Shown: positions 41,236 to 52,503, counted from the first letter of the stretch. The stretch: DNA of 64,000 nt from Bdellovibrionota bacterium (GCA_050950765.1 JBMNIF010000003.1:320001-384000), one strand, 5' to 3'. Program-made: numbers and translations. Notes: generated from the letters alone by a model not told the origin.

Positions 41236-42249
41236 TTAAACAGAACAACTTAAGTTTAATTCCGTTTTAGGTTCGAACTCTTTGCCGAAAGCTTTTTTAT
41301 ATGAGGATTTTAACTCAGGGGAAAGGTCTTTTATATTACCAGCAATAAGATCTGCCATCGCTAAGTCTTTTTCCTGCACAGCCATATCAAAGCATCTAAT
41401 TAGTATCACTCGTATCTCATCTTGAGGCTTTTTTGATATTAGAAACTCCATCATCTCTAAATTCTTATTATTAACTGCATTCAAAAAGACCTCTCCATTA
41501 TCAACAGTGACACTTGCCCCTGCTTTCACTAGGCTTTTAGTGACCTCAAGATAATTTTCTTTAGTCGCACACTTTAAAGCTTCACAGTAATTAGAGTTAA
41601 CATAAGCTTTTTTTGATATTAAATAATCAACCACCTTTACCCTATTATTCTTTGAAGCTAAAATTAACGGCGCTGAGGAATCTATGTTAACTTGTGCTCC
41701 AAAATTTTCAACTGCACTCTTTACTATATCTAAATATCCTTCTCTTGATGCGATCTTCAGGGCACGATTTAGCGCACCTTTTGATACACCAAGACCTGCA
41801 ACGTAATTAAATCCATCTACAAACCCATCTTCTGCCCAAGCAAGTAATGCCTTATCATGATTTTCCAGTATCTTCGAATTTTTTCTTTCTGATTCTGGAT
41901 CAAGGAACCTATTTAAAGCTTCATCAACAAACCCTTCTGGTTCTGGTTCAACGTATGTGGCATATTTAGGGGGAATGCCTGCTTTTATCTTGTCTCCAAG
42001 TCCTAAATCACCGTATCCAGTATCCTCTGGGGAAGAACCCTCTTTTATCCTCCCTTCAAGATTTCTTTGTTTTTCTGGAACAGATTTATTATCTAAGTCT
42101 AACGGTGCATTAAGAGGCACTTTAGATCCTAAGTTTCCTTGAAGCGCGGCGGCTTTGTTATCTGGACTAAACGATGTATCAAGAGGATTCTCGTTAATAT
42201 CTTCTCCAAGACCTGTATTTGTGGACTCTTGAACTGCACATGTACTCAT
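41236..42249 (-). CDS. Ankyrin-repeat protein
   Basis: Repeats ALKIASREGYLDIVKSAVE.GA, PLILASKNNRVKVVDYLI, ALKCATKENYLEVTKSLVKAGA and FLNAVNNKNLEMMEFLI after a low-complexity N-terminus. Confidence 0.82.
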   Translation of the reverse strand: MSTCAVQESTNTGLGEDINENPLDTSFSPDNKAAALQGNLGSKVPLNAPLDLDNKSVPEKQRNLEGRIKEGSSPEDTGYGDLGLGDKIKAGIPPKYATYVEPEPEGFVDEALNRFLDPESERKNSKILENHDKALLAWAEDGFVDGFNYVAGLGVSKGALNRALKIASREGYLDIVKSAVENFGAQVNIDSSAPLILASKNNRVKVVDYLISKKAYVNSNYCEALKCATKENYLEVTKSLVKAGASVTVDNGEVFLNAVNNKNLEMMEFLISKKPQDEIRVILIRCFDMAVQEKDLAMADLIAGNIKDLSPELKSSYKKAFGKEFEPKTELNLSCSV

Positions 42250-42858
42250 AATAGATCTCCTTTATGATAAAATATGCAATTAAGACTTGATTCAAAGGTG
42301 GCATTATAGCACTTTTTTAAAAAAACGGTGAAACTTTTTTTAATATTTATCAAAAATAATTAAGAATCTCTTTTATTCAAGTTTATCCTAAGTATTTTTC
42401 ACTTGTAAGAGAGCTCTAAAAGCTACTTTTTAGTAGTATTTTAGCGCTATGCGCAGCGAAAAAATGCTTCCTTTTTAGCTATAAGGTGCTTCCAGAGGTT
42501 ATTTTAGGCATTAGCGCAGTAGCCCCCTCCTAAGGAGACCTCTTTAGGTTGCTAATTTTTAAGTGCAAGCCGTAAAAAAAATCTAAAGATACCCTTATCG
42601 TGAAAGGATGAGGGGAATAGTTAGGAATCAAGATAAGTACAACCGTGTTCATGCGAACTTTTATTAGCAAGCGCTACTCTTATATCCCAATCTTTAAACA
42701 TTATAATAGGTAGATTTTAACTCCTCATTATACATCAACCACCTTATGATGTTCAGTAAATTTAAGTGCTCGTTTAGCGGTTTTAAATTTGACTTAATTA
42801 AGCGCGGATAGCACTATCTCGGAGCTAAGCATTAGGTAATAATAATTACATTTATCAA

Positions 42859-43629
42859 ATGACCATCTCGATAGTTACAACTTGTTATAACTCCGCCTCC
42901 ACTATAAGGGAGACGATTCAAAGCATCCTCTCTCAAGGTGATGAGAATGAGGTTGAATACATTGTTGTCGATGCGGGTTCAACTGACGGTACTATCGACA
43001 TAGTAAAAAGTTTTGGGAGTCGAATTAAGTTGATTGTTGAACCGAAGTGCTCTCAATCGGAAGGCATTAACATTGGACTCAAAGCCAGCACAGGCGAAAT
43101 AGTTGCTTTTTTAAATAGTGACGACACCTATTTGCCAGGAACGCTTAAGAAGGTTAAAGCTGCATTCGCCTCCTCCCCATCTGCCTCATGGTTAGCAGGG
43201 CAGTGTGAAATAGTAAACTCCAAAGGTGTCAAGCAAAACACTTGGATCTCTGCATATAAAAATTTTCTCCTAAAACGACATTCCTATTTCTTGCACCTTA
43301 TTGAGAATTATATCTGTCAACCTGCAGTATTTTTAAGACGTCAAGTTCTTGATAAATACGGCTACTTTTCAGCGCAAGAGTATCTAGCTATGGACTATGA
43401 GTACTGGTTGAGAATCGGCAACCATGAAGAACTGATAATCGTTAATGAACCTCTGGCCACCTTCCGCCGAAGCAAAAACACAAAGAGTAATACAAGTTAC
43501 AGAAAACAGTTTAGAGACGATCTACGATTGGGAGTGAGGTATGCGCTAAAGAGCAGAAAATATTTAGCCATACCGCTAAATTTTCTAGCGTACATTAAAA
43601 CCGTGACCATCTATTCCTTTCTTTATTAA
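42859..43629 (+). CDS. Glycosyltransferase family 2
   Basis: ISIVTTCYNS, VVDAGSTDGT, FLNSDD, QPAVF, MDYEYWLR. Confidence 0.92.
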   Translation: MTISIVTTCYNSASTIRETIQSILSQGDENEVEYIVVDAGSTDGTIDIVKSFGSRIKLIVEPKCSQSEGINIGLKASTGEIVAFLNSDDTYLPGTLKKVKAAFASSPSASWLAGQCEIVNSKGVKQNTWISAYKNFLLKRHSYFLHLIENYICQPAVFLRRQVLDKYGYFSAQEYLAMDYEYWLRIGNHEELIIVNEPLATFRRSKNTKSNTSYRKQFRDDLRLGVRYALKSRKYLAIPLNFLAYIKTVTIYSFLY

Positions 43630-43930
43630 AGAAAAGTTTCTTCTTCCCTCACGCATTTTTACTTATTAGTTTAGATTATCCGCACTACATAAATTAAAGT
43701 TAAGAGTATGCCTTTGCGGGAAGATGAATCGTACCTTTTAAATAGATCTAGAGTTACACCTGAAAAAATCAACTATTTTGATCAGGGAGTAAAGACAATC
43801 ATCTTTCTACAAATCAAAAATGGCGTTATAGTTGGCAAATTGAGATTAGTTGATTCGGCGTAATATTTGCCGTGCTATTCGATCAATATAAAACGTTCAG
43901 TGATATTTTTAGAGACAGATATAGCCGATC

Positions 43931-44821
43931 ATGACGCTTTTTTTACAATTATTATTAAACGGTTTGGTCAATGGTTGCGCCTTAGCATTGATAGCGCTGG
44001 GCTTCGCTCTGATCTATAACACGACTCGAATCTTTCACTTCGCACACGGCGGAATCTATGCCTTGTCAGGCTTTCTTTTCTATTCTTTCTACACTCAACG
44101 GGGGCTACCGATCTACGTAGCGGTTATTTTAACCATGTTACTAGCGGCAGTGCTGGGGATACTAATTGATCTACTCGTCTATCGACCGCTAGACCGTAAG
44201 GGCGCCTCTACCATGATGCACATGATCAGTTCTCTTGGTCTTTATGTCGTCGTCGTAAATATCATCTGTTTATGTTATGGTAATAGTTCTAAGGTTCTGA
44301 TCTCCGGATCACTTCCAACGGTTAAGATCGGAGGTTTTATCTTCAACGCCATTCAGTTATGGACCGTAGGAACATTTACAATCGTCTTTTTCGCATCTGC
44401 TCTCTTCTTACGCTTTTCAATTCTGGGTCTCAAGATTCGTGCGGCCCGAGACAACCCAACTTTACTGACCCTTTATGGATTCCATTCGAACGGGATCCGT
44501 CTCTTCGTTTTTGGTATAGGTTCCGCCTTATGCGCTTTAGCCGCTATCCTGATCGGACTAGATCTTGGAATCAATCCACATCACGGTATCGCTTCAGTCG
44601 TTAACTGTGCAGTTGCGTTAATCGTTGGCGGAATCGGAGTATTCGAAGGTGCCGCGTTAGGATCCCTACTACTAGGTGCCCTCCAAGGAATCGCTGTCTG
44701 GAAATGGTCTGCTAACTGGCAAGATATGGTAACTTTCACGATCCTTATTGTCTTCCTACTTTTTAGACCTAATGGAATTTTAGGACGTCGCGGACGTCTT
44801 GAAGAAGGAGTTGATGCATAA
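43931..44821 (+). CDS. LIV-type ABC transporter permease (LivH-like)
   Basis: QLLLNGLVNG..LALIALGFALIY, FHFAHG, LLFRPNGILG. Confidence 0.9.
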   Translation: MTLFLQLLLNGLVNGCALALIALGFALIYNTTRIFHFAHGGIYALSGFLFYSFYTQRGLPIYVAVILTMLLAAVLGILIDLLVYRPLDRKGASTMMHMISSLGLYVVVVNIICLCYGNSSKVLISGSLPTVKIGGFIFNAIQLWTVGTFTIVFFASALFLRFSILGLKIRAARDNPTLLTLYGFHSNGIRLFVFGIGSALCALAAILIGLDLGINPHHGIASVVNCAVALIVGGIGVFEGAALGSLLLGALQGIAVWKWSANWQDMVTFTILIVFLLFRPNGILGRRGRLEEGVDA

Positions 44822-45702
44822 TGAATACGGAATACCTCCTAACTATTTTTATTTTTATCAACATCTACATCATTCTCTCTTCGTCATTGAATTTAATCGT
44901 CGGCTTAGGCGGAATGATGTCACTCTGTCATGCTGCCTTTTATGGCTTGGGCGCTTACATCGGGGCGTTAGCGCTGCTCAACTTAGGCTGCTCCTTTTTT
45001 CTTGCCACCCTGCTTGCCATCATCGGATGCTCCTTGTTAAGTATCGCCGTCGCTTATCTATCCTTACGGCTAAAAGGGGATTACTTTGTCCTCGCATCTC
45101 TCGGCTTTCAAAGCATCGTCTATATAATTTTACTTAATTGGGTCAAAGTAACTAAAGGTCCTTACGGTCTCAACGATATTCCATCACCACAATTTTTTGG
45201 ATTAGATTTTTCCGGTCACCATCGTGAGATGTGGTTTCTATTTACGACGATCGTCATGGTCGTTAGTGTTCTTTTGATCTCGTTTATTATGGACTCCCCT
45301 TTTGGCAGAACCCTTAAATCAATTCGGGATGATGAGATCGCTGCAGCCTCCTTAGGCAAGAACGTCCCTTCCTTTAAAATTCGCACCTTTGCTCTAGCTG
45401 CTGGATTCGCCGCCGTTGCAGGAATGTTGTATGCAGGATTTTCACGTTACATCAATCCATCTAGTTTTACGATCATGGAATCGGTCTTCATCTTATCGAT
45501 TATCATTATCGGAGGTGCTGGCAACTTACGGGGTCCGATCATCGGCTCGATTGTTCTTGTTATTCTACCTGAACTACTGAGAGAGTTGGGAATGAACGAT
45601 GCCGTCGCCGCTAATGTGCGACAGATTATTTACGGATTAGCGATCATTTTCATGATTCGGTGGCGACCACAAGGTTTGTTAGGGAATTATACATTTTCAT
45701 AG
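44821..45702 (+). CDS. LIV-type ABC transporter permease (LivM-like)
   Basis: SLNLIVGLGG.MSLCHAAFYGLGAY, LRLKGDYF, SPFGRTLKSIRDDE, RPQGLLG. Confidence 0.9.
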   Translation: MNTEYLLTIFIFINIYIILSSSLNLIVGLGGMMSLCHAAFYGLGAYIGALALLNLGCSFFLATLLAIIGCSLLSIAVAYLSLRLKGDYFVLASLGFQSIVYIILLNWVKVTKGPYGLNDIPSPQFFGLDFSGHHREMWFLFTTIVMVVSVLLISFIMDSPFGRTLKSIRDDEIAAASLGKNVPSFKIRTFALAAGFAAVAGMLYAGFSRYINPSSFTIMESVFILSIIIIGGAGNLRGPIIGSIVLVILPELLRELGMNDAVAANVRQIIYGLAIIFMIRWRPQGLLGNYTFS

Positions 45703-45713
45703 AAGAGTCCTCG

Positions 45714-46478
45714 ATGCCGATACTAGAACTAAAAAACCTGTCCAAACAGTTTGGGGGCGTGAAAGCGGTCGAAAACCTCTCACTCAACTTTAGCGCTGGA
45801 CAAATTACCGCCCTAATCGGTCCTAACGGCGCTGGCAAGACTACGGTTTTTAACTTAATTGGCGGTCTTATCCGCCCTGATTCTGGTAGCATCTCTTTTG
45901 AAAGGAAAAACCTTGTCGGCTTAACGCCTTGGCAAATTGCAGATCGAGGCATCGGTCGCCTTTTTCAAGACGTCCGCTTATTTCGGAAGATGACGGTTCT
46001 AGAAAATGTGCTGACCGCCTATAAGTTTCAACAGGGCGAATCTATCTGGCGTGCGCTATTTGCCCCATGGACGGAGATTAAGCCGGAAAAAGAGCGTCGT
46101 AAACACGCTATGGATCTACTTGAAAAAGTCGGGCTAGCAGAAAAAGCTGAGTCGCCCTCTGAAAAACTTTCTTATGGACAACAGAAACTCCTCGCTATCG
46201 CCCGACTCCTCGCCGCCGATGCTAAAGTCTTATTACTAGACGAGCCGACTGCCGGTGTTAATCGTGTTATGATCGAAGAGATACTCAAGACGATTCAACT
46301 TCTAGCACAAGAAGGAAAAACTATTGTATTCGTCGAACACAATATGGAGGTCGTGCGGAGCTTGGCGCAAACAGTGGTCTTCATGATCACGGGTCGCGCA
46401 ACCGCTTCCGGCACTCCAGACGAAGTCTTATCCAGCTCAGAAGTTAAGACCGCCTATATTGGGAGGGTAAAATGTTAA
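45714..46478 (+). CDS. LIV-type ABC transporter ATP-binding protein (LivG-like)
   Basis: GPNGAGKTT, LSYGQQKLL, LLLDEP, VEHNM. Probable start is MPILE at 45714. Confidence 0.9.
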   Translation: MPILELKNLSKQFGGVKAVENLSLNFSAGQITALIGPNGAGKTTVFNLIGGLIRPDSGSISFERKNLVGLTPWQIADRGIGRLFQDVRLFRKMTVLENVLTAYKFQQGESIWRALFAPWTEIKPEKERRKHAMDLLEKVGLAEKAESPSEKLSYGQQKLLAIARLLAADAKVLLLDEPTAGVNRVMIEEILKTIQLLAQEGKTIVFVEHNMEVVRSLAQTVVFMITGRATASGTPDEVLSSSEVKTAYIGRVKC

Positions 46479-47161
46479 AATTAACAGAGGTCTCTGCTGG
46501 CTACGGACAAAAACAGATTTTACATAACATCTCCCTCGAGATTAAGTCGGGAGAGATTGTAGCCTTATTAGGTCCTAATGGCGCCGGTAAGTCTACACTA
46601 TTAAAAGTGATGAGTGGCTTATTGACACCATTTTCAGGCGATGTATGTTTTAATCAGCAGAAAATTACTAACCTCCCCGCGTACCGCCGAGCGAGAATCG
46701 GGATCGGTTTTGTGATGCAGGAAGCGCCCCTCTTTGAAAGCTTGACGATTGCGGAACATCGGAGGTTAGCGGGGGGAGGTACCGGCGGAACTGATGCAGA
46801 GTTTCTTGAGGCTGCAGCCAATAAGTACGGCGGCGTTCTTTCCGGTGGCGAACGACGTTGCTTAGCAATAGAGCTTTGCTTAAGCCGACACCCTAAACTC
46901 TTGCTCTTGGACGAACCATCAGCGGGAGTTTCACCAAACGTTGCCTTAGAGATTTATGCTTGGATAAAAAGCCGTATTGAAGGCACAGCAACTGCCGCTC
47001 TTGTTGTGGAACACAACCTCCGTTTTTTGCCTGACTTTGCTACGCGTCTGACTATTATGCGACAAGGAACGGTTGCTTACGATTCGCTCCCGCTGTCGAC
47101 TTTACATAATTCAGAACAGATGTTTGAGTTATTTTATGGAAATAATAAATCAACTGGATAA
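46472..47161 (+). CDS. LIV-type ABC transporter ATP-binding protein (LivF-like)
   Basis: GPNGAGKST, LSGGERR, LLLLDEPSAG, VVEHN. Confidence 0.88.
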   Translation: MLKLTEVSAGYGQKQILHNISLEIKSGEIVALLGPNGAGKSTLLKVMSGLLTPFSGDVCFNQQKITNLPAYRRARIGIGFVMQEAPLFESLTIAEHRRLAGGGTGGTDAEFLEAAANKYGGVLSGGERRCLAIELCLSRHPKLLLLDEPSAGVSPNVALEIYAWIKSRIEGTATAALVVEHNLRFLPDFATRLTIMRQGTVAYDSLPLSTLHNSEQMFELFYGNNKSTG

Positions 47162-47222
47162 CAGGTATAATTTATCAGCGTAGTGTTTTGATCAGATCAA
47201 CTATAAAAAAAGAGGTATTGAA

Positions 47223-48344
47223 ATGAATAAGAATAAACCCGCTCTTTTTGTCGTTTTAGCGCTCGTCCTTATCGGAGCCACTCTCATTCTTTTTAGCAAA
47301 CAGGATAATAACGGCACCACTGCTGACGGTACTATTAAAATTGTTTTAAGTCTCTCTCTGACAGGAGACTTCTCCTATTTCGGAAATGAAGTAAAAAATG
47401 CCTTCAATCTCCTTGAAAAAAAAGCAAAAGCTAACAATATCCAATTCATTTACGAAGATAATCAAAGTGAGATAAACCGCGGGGTAACTATCTTCAACAA
47501 GTATGCCTCTGATAAATCCGTAGCGCTCTTTGTCACTAACAACACCCCGTTCAGCGCACCTATCCGAGAACTTGCTGATCGCGATAAGAAAAACCACATG
47601 GCGTTAATTACAGGAGCTGTAGGTTTCCCCAATAACTATAAATACGTCTTTCGCGATGCCATCACCCAAGACCAAGAAGGTGCAATGCTTGCAAACTACA
47701 CACTGAATAACACTAACTATAAAAAGTTAGCTTTGTGTGCAATGAACGACGATTACGGATATGACGGACTCAGAGAATTTAAGAATATTACAAGTGCAAA
47801 CGGCTTGAGCATCGTTGCCGAAGAGTACTACACGACTGGGAATAACGACTTTAAAAATATCATTGTAAAGCTACTTGCAGGAGAACCCGATATGATCTTT
47901 TTTGTCGGTCGAGAACAATCTTATGTAAGTTTCATTAACCAATTACGTGAACGAGATGCAACTATTCCCTTGTACTGCACCGATTCATTTGAATCCCAAA
48001 CCGTTTATGATGGGATCGGCGCGCATGTAAACGGGGTGGTTTTCGTAAGCTACCACAACGATCTGGAAAGCGAAAAGTCAAAAGACTTTATAACCCGTTT
48101 CGAACAATCTTTCGGCACCAAACCTGGCATCTACGCTATTGATGCCTACGTCTGTGCAGAATACATCATCGATTGCATCGCTAAAGGCGCTCGCGATACA
48201 GAATCGCTGAATAAGGCGCTTTCAGAGTTAGAACATGACTCCTTCCTGAAAGGGCACATTTACGCAAAGAACCGAAGCATCGTTTCGAATCTTGCACTCT
48301 ATAAAATCAATTCAGAAGGTAAGAAAGAGCTTATTCACAAGTAG
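47223..48344 (+). CDS. LIV-type periplasmic substrate-binding protein
   Basis: N-terminal TM anchor, LSLTGDFS, YEDNQS, NDDYGYDG, DFKNIIVKL. Confidence 0.85.
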   Translation: MNKNKPALFVVLALVLIGATLILFSKQDNNGTTADGTIKIVLSLSLTGDFSYFGNEVKNAFNLLEKKAKANNIQFIYEDNQSEINRGVTIFNKYASDKSVALFVTNNTPFSAPIRELADRDKKNHMALITGAVGFPNNYKYVFRDAITQDQEGAMLANYTLNNTNYKKLALCAMNDDYGYDGLREFKNITSANGLSIVAEEYYTTGNNDFKNIIVKLLAGEPDMIFFVGREQSYVSFINQLRERDATIPLYCTDSFESQTVYDGIGAHVNGVVFVSYHNDLESEKSKDFITRFEQSFGTKPGIYAIDAYVCAEYIIDCIAKGARDTESLNKALSELEHDSFLKGHIYAKNRSIVSNLALYKINSEGKKELIHK

Positions 48345-48697
48345 ACAACTAACGTAGCTTCCTCTCCTTGTGAAACAACACTACTTCTAGACAACTAAAG
48401 CTAGGGGCGCACTCTTTTTTATTAGCCACTCCAGCTTAGGGATAGTTACTATAATTTTAACTACACAGATAGAAGTCATTAAATGTAATTTTAATTAATT
48501 ACAAACTAACAGTGTGATATTAGCTGGCTTTTATACGCCATTAACTGGAGCTAATTACCTGAAGTAACTAGATCAAAAATAGTTAAGTCACGGGAAGATA
48601 GTGGTTATTAAAAACACCCCCACCTCTTACTAGCTTAAGAATCAATGTATGTTAAAATCTGTAACAACAATTATAAGGAAAATATAAGGAAAAAGAG

Positions 48698-49999
48698 ATG
48701 GACGGTGATGTTAGTCTGCACGATAACAATTTAAGAAAAAATGTTCCACCTAGTGGCTATGTTCCAATTGTACATGGATTAAGTTCAGAAAGCTTCAATA
48801 AGTCGCTACGAAATTCACTACAAGACTTTAAAATAAAAAGCTCGCCAAGAATCACAATTCTTACCGAAATTGCTAATAAAATTGCTGACAAAATTGCTGC
48901 ACGCAATCTTAAAAATTTTGAAAACAGATACGGCGAAAAAATTGGCTCATTCGTGTCACTTGGCTCTTCTACGACGGAACATATTGGATACTCATACAAA
49001 TTAGAACTTGGAAAAGATCAAAACGGAAAAGATGTCGCTATCTTGATACCTACTGATAAATATAATTCTTTTGGAGAACTACAAGAAAGGCGTAAAAGTA
49101 ATCTTTGGGGAAGTCCAGATGAATTTATGGCGCACAAAACCTTAGCCAATGTTGGAACAAGTTATTTCATGTTCGTTAATATGTTTAATATGGATGAATA
49201 TGTTGGAACATACTTGATATGCACCACTAAACATAACAACGGCAAGACCGGTTTATTTGCGATCTCGGGATATGTAAATTGCGCCGATAACGATGGCAAG
49301 CCTGAGGGAAGTATACAAAGAACTGCTATCAAGGAAGTGCGTGAGGAAGCTTTAATTATTGGTGAAAAATGGCATCATTGGAACTTTAGCGATGACGATA
49401 ATAAAGGATTCCAAGTTTTCGGTAAAACTCATACTCCTGATGGCTCAGAGATAAAAGTAACTCCTTTAAGGGATATTCCCGCAGTTTTTGGCAATATAAT
49501 TCCAGTTATAGTTGATGGCAAGGTGGGCGGTGGTTATTTCATAGATGAACGTTCATGTAGTGCACAATATATTGCTTGTGGTATTGCTAATATAGATTTG
49601 GCGGGGAATTATACTTTTGGGCAATCAAGTAAGCACTGCGACGAAACTACTCTTTGGCAATCAGAGAGCAGACATATTGACAACAAGATACATGAAGTTT
49701 TTGCCGAAGATGGTCTTGTTCTATTACAGGTGGATGAATATTTAACAAACTTTACAGGTAAAGCTTTTAAGTGTATCGGTGGAACTCTTAGACCATTATC
49801 AGACCAAGAAAAAGCTAACATGTACTTATCGGAAGCATTTAATGTTGAGATAGTTGAGGTTATAGAAGGTGGCAATAACTATAAACTTGCTTGGACGACG
49901 GGCGATATATCTTACGAAAATTTTTTAAAAAAATACGGCATTCACTGCGACAAGAGTCATAAAACCCCAGTTCAGGAACCTCTCACAACTCCGCTTTAA
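48698..49999 (+). CDS. Hypothetical protein with a Nudix-box-like motif
   Basis: 433-aa ORF containing ISGYVN...EGSIQRTAIKEVREEAL, which resembles Gx5Ex7REUxEE. Confidence 0.6.
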   Translation: MDGDVSLHDNNLRKNVPPSGYVPIVHGLSSESFNKSLRNSLQDFKIKSSPRITILTEIANKIADKIAARNLKNFENRYGEKIGSFVSLGSSTTEHIGYSYKLELGKDQNGKDVAILIPTDKYNSFGELQERRKSNLWGSPDEFMAHKTLANVGTSYFMFVNMFNMDEYVGTYLICTTKHNNGKTGLFAISGYVNCADNDGKPEGSIQRTAIKEVREEALIIGEKWHHWNFSDDDNKGFQVFGKTHTPDGSEIKVTPLRDIPAVFGNIIPVIVDGKVGGGYFIDERSCSAQYIACGIANIDLAGNYTFGQSSKHCDETTLWQSESRHIDNKIHEVFAEDGLVLLQVDEYLTNFTGKAFKCIGGTLRPLSDQEKANMYLSEAFNVEIVEVIEGGNNYKLAWTTGDISYENFLKKYGIHCDKSHKTPVQEPLTTPL

Positions 50000-51141
50000 T
50001 CACCCTTACCGCTATAAATAATTGGCTGATCGTTTTTGCTTTTAATTATCTTTACTGCAAAATCTTGCAGGACGTCGTTTTTTTCATCGAATATTAAGCA
50101 CCCCGTCGCACCTTCCTTAACGTCAATCTGTCGTATCGCTTCAGTCAGAGAGATCTTATTCAATCTATGAACTCTTTCCGTTTCTAACGCTACGGTAGCA
50201 GCATCGAAAGCAGTAGCAGCATAATAGTTGGCATTACCTCCATATCTCTCACTAAACTCCTTAAAAAACGGATGCGCAGCACCGCTTATTTCACCGTTAT
50301 TAAGAACCCGTGAACTAAAGATAGCGCCTTCGGATTCAGGGATTTCAAATACTGCACCATCTTCAAACATTGTCGTACCCAGAATAATGCCAGCATACCC
50401 TACCTCTCTCAACTGCTGAATAATTTTAGGTTGTTCTTTTTGTCCAACCAAGAAGATATAGCTAGGGTCGCCTTGTAACACCTTCGTAATTACATCTCGA
50501 TAATTTAACGACGAGGCGTTGTAAGACTCCATCCCCACCACCTCTTCACCGTGAGAAAGGATCGTCTTATTAAAGGCATTTGCTAACCCCAAGCCATACT
50601 CATTGTTGATATGTAAAATACCTACTGAATCTGTTGCCTTTTTTTGATTAAGATAATAATTCGCAACCGTTCCTCCCTCTGCATCGTCTGAAACACACGT
50701 TCTATAAATATAAGGAGAAAAGCCACGAAGATTTGGTGTCGTCGCCGTTGGAAAGATATAGAGCGTATCGTCCTCTTTTTTATTAGCCACCGCCATTGCA
50801 ACTCCGCTCAACATAGGTCCGACAATAACATTGATGCCTTTTGCTCTTAAAGTATTTGAAGCAATGAGACCTTCCTTGACATCACCTTTACTATTTTCAA
50901 AAACGACCGTTGCGACAAGTGCAGAATCCGAATATTTCTTATTAAAAAGATCAACGGCTAACAGTATCCCTTTTTGAGCCGACTCCCCGTATGGCGCAGC
51001 AGCGCCTGTCAGCGGCAATATCGCACCCACCTGTATTGTCTTTTCGTCCCCCTCCTTTTGTGCTCGATCTCTTATGCCCAAAAATAGTAATAAAATTGCA
51101 GCACAAAGTATGACAATAAAAATAAGAGCTTTCTTCTTCAT
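49996..51141 (-). CDS. LIV-type periplasmic substrate-binding protein
   Basis: IQVGAILPLTGAAAPYG, IVGPMLS, NNEYGLGL. Divergent from the second LIV operon. Confidence 0.88.
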   Translation of the reverse strand: MKKKALIFIVILCAAILLLFLGIRDRAQKEGDEKTIQVGAILPLTGAAAPYGESAQKGILLAVDLFNKKYSDSALVATVVFENSKGDVKEGLIASNTLRAKGINVIVGPMLSGVAMAVANKKEDDTLYIFPTATTPNLRGFSPYIYRTCVSDDAEGGTVANYYLNQKKATDSVGILHINNEYGLGLANAFNKTILSHGEEVVGMESYNASSLNYRDVITKVLQGDPSYIFLVGQKEQPKIIQQLREVGYAGIILGTTMFEDGAVFEIPESEGAIFSSRVLNNGEISGAAHPFFKEFSERYGGNANYYAATAFDAATVALETERVHRLNKISLTEAIRQIDVKEGATGCLIFDEKNDVLQDFAVKIIKSKNDQPIIYSGKGD

Positions 51142-51618
51142 CTTTTCACCTTATATTTTACCTTATAATAACGGTGGTACTCTGTATGGATAGCAATAAA
51201 TAAAAATCATTCGTTTAAGATCTTCTATATTATCTGTTTATTGTATGTGCAGAACATCTATCCTCACTTGCTGCTATAAATCTCGCGCTAATTTTAAATT
51301 TACTAATTACTCTTTATAAGTTCTTCTTTACAAGTTTCTCTTTGCAAGGATTGCTTAAAACCTTTTATATCCAATTTATTGTGATTAGGTAAGCGCGACA
51401 AACACAGCAACCTGCTTGTCCCGTTGTAACCTCACTATAAATGAAAAATCAAGTATTTTTCCAAATAAGTTGAGATGAGGCTTTGCTTGTGGACTTAGAA
51501 AGAGTATTTTAAAACTACACGCCATTATGCGCAGCGCTTATATAGGGGTATGCTCTTTTTAAAGAAAGCCACTTTAACCAAAAAAGACAAAAGTTACTTT
51601 AACGGGAGTGCTAGTTAA

Positions 51619-52503
51619 ATGACCTTCTTCTTACAACTATTTTGCAACGGGGTTATCCAAGGAGCGTTGATAGCGTGTCTAGCTGCAGGATTCGGGCTCG
51701 TCTATCGTTCCTTTCGAATTTTTCATATCGCAATGGGTGCACAATTTGTCTTCTCCTGTTACGCCTTTTATTTCTGCTCTATCGAGATGAAGTTGCCCAT
51801 GACGGCAGCAGCGTCAGGTGCCTTGCTTCTTTCTATACTCTTTGCCTGTTTGATCGAATGGATAGTTTATTATCCGTTTTATAAAAAGCAGGCATCGGGA
51901 GGCGCAGTTATGATCGCCTCCTTAGGAGTAATGATTATCGTTGAAAATATTATCGCCTTATCATTCGGCAACGAGGTCAAAACGATATCTAATCTCTTAG
52001 AACCTTCGATTGTTTGGGGAGGTTTACGCTTCACCCGCATCCAACTTATTCACCTCTTTACTGGAATAGCGCTTTTCTGCGGAGTGGGAGTTTTGCTTCG
52101 GTATAACCGATATTTTAAAGCGATTTGGGCGATGGGCGATCAGCCGGAATTGATACCGATTCTCGGATTACCACTGAAACGGTTGAGAATTTTAATAATG
52201 GTTTTAGGGGGGATTATGATCGCACTGCCCGCCATGCTTATCTCCTATGATACCGGTATGAATCCGCATCTAGGAATGTCTTATCTTTTACTCGCTGCCG
52301 TAGCTATGTTTTTTGGTGGTGCAGACCGATATTTTGCTTGGGGAGTGGGAGCACTTATCCTCTCCATCTTACAAAGCATCTCCATCTGGAAGTTCTCTGC
52401 TCGTTGGATCGAATTAGTTACCTTTGGTGTCCTTATCTTTGTGCTACTTTTTAGACCACAGGGATTATTCGGAACACGTAAACGACTGGAGGAGCAATCA
52501 TGA
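51619..52503 (+). CDS. LIV-type ABC permease (LivH-like), second cluster
   Basis: Paralogous to 43931-44821 (MTFFLQLFCNG..., FRPQGLFG.RKRLEE). Confidence 0.88.
   Translation: MTFFLQLFCNGVIQGALIACLAAGFGLVYRSFRIFHIAMGAQFVFSCYAFYFCSIEMKLPMTAAASGALLLSILFACLIEWIVYYPFYKKQASGGAVMIASLGVMIIVENIIALSFGNEVKTISNLLEPSIVWGGLRFTRIQLIHLFTGIALFCGVGVLLRYNRYFKAIWAMGDQPELIPILGLPLKRLRILIMVLGGIMIALPAMLISYDTGMNPHLGMSYLLLAAVAMFFGGADRYFAWGVGALILSILQSISIWKFSARWIELVTFGVLIFVLLFRPQGLFGTRKRLEEQS

Noticed and set aside
41236..41260. CaaX prenylation motif on the ankyrin protein (…LSCSV)
   Set aside because: The Cys is third from the C-terminus, not fourth.
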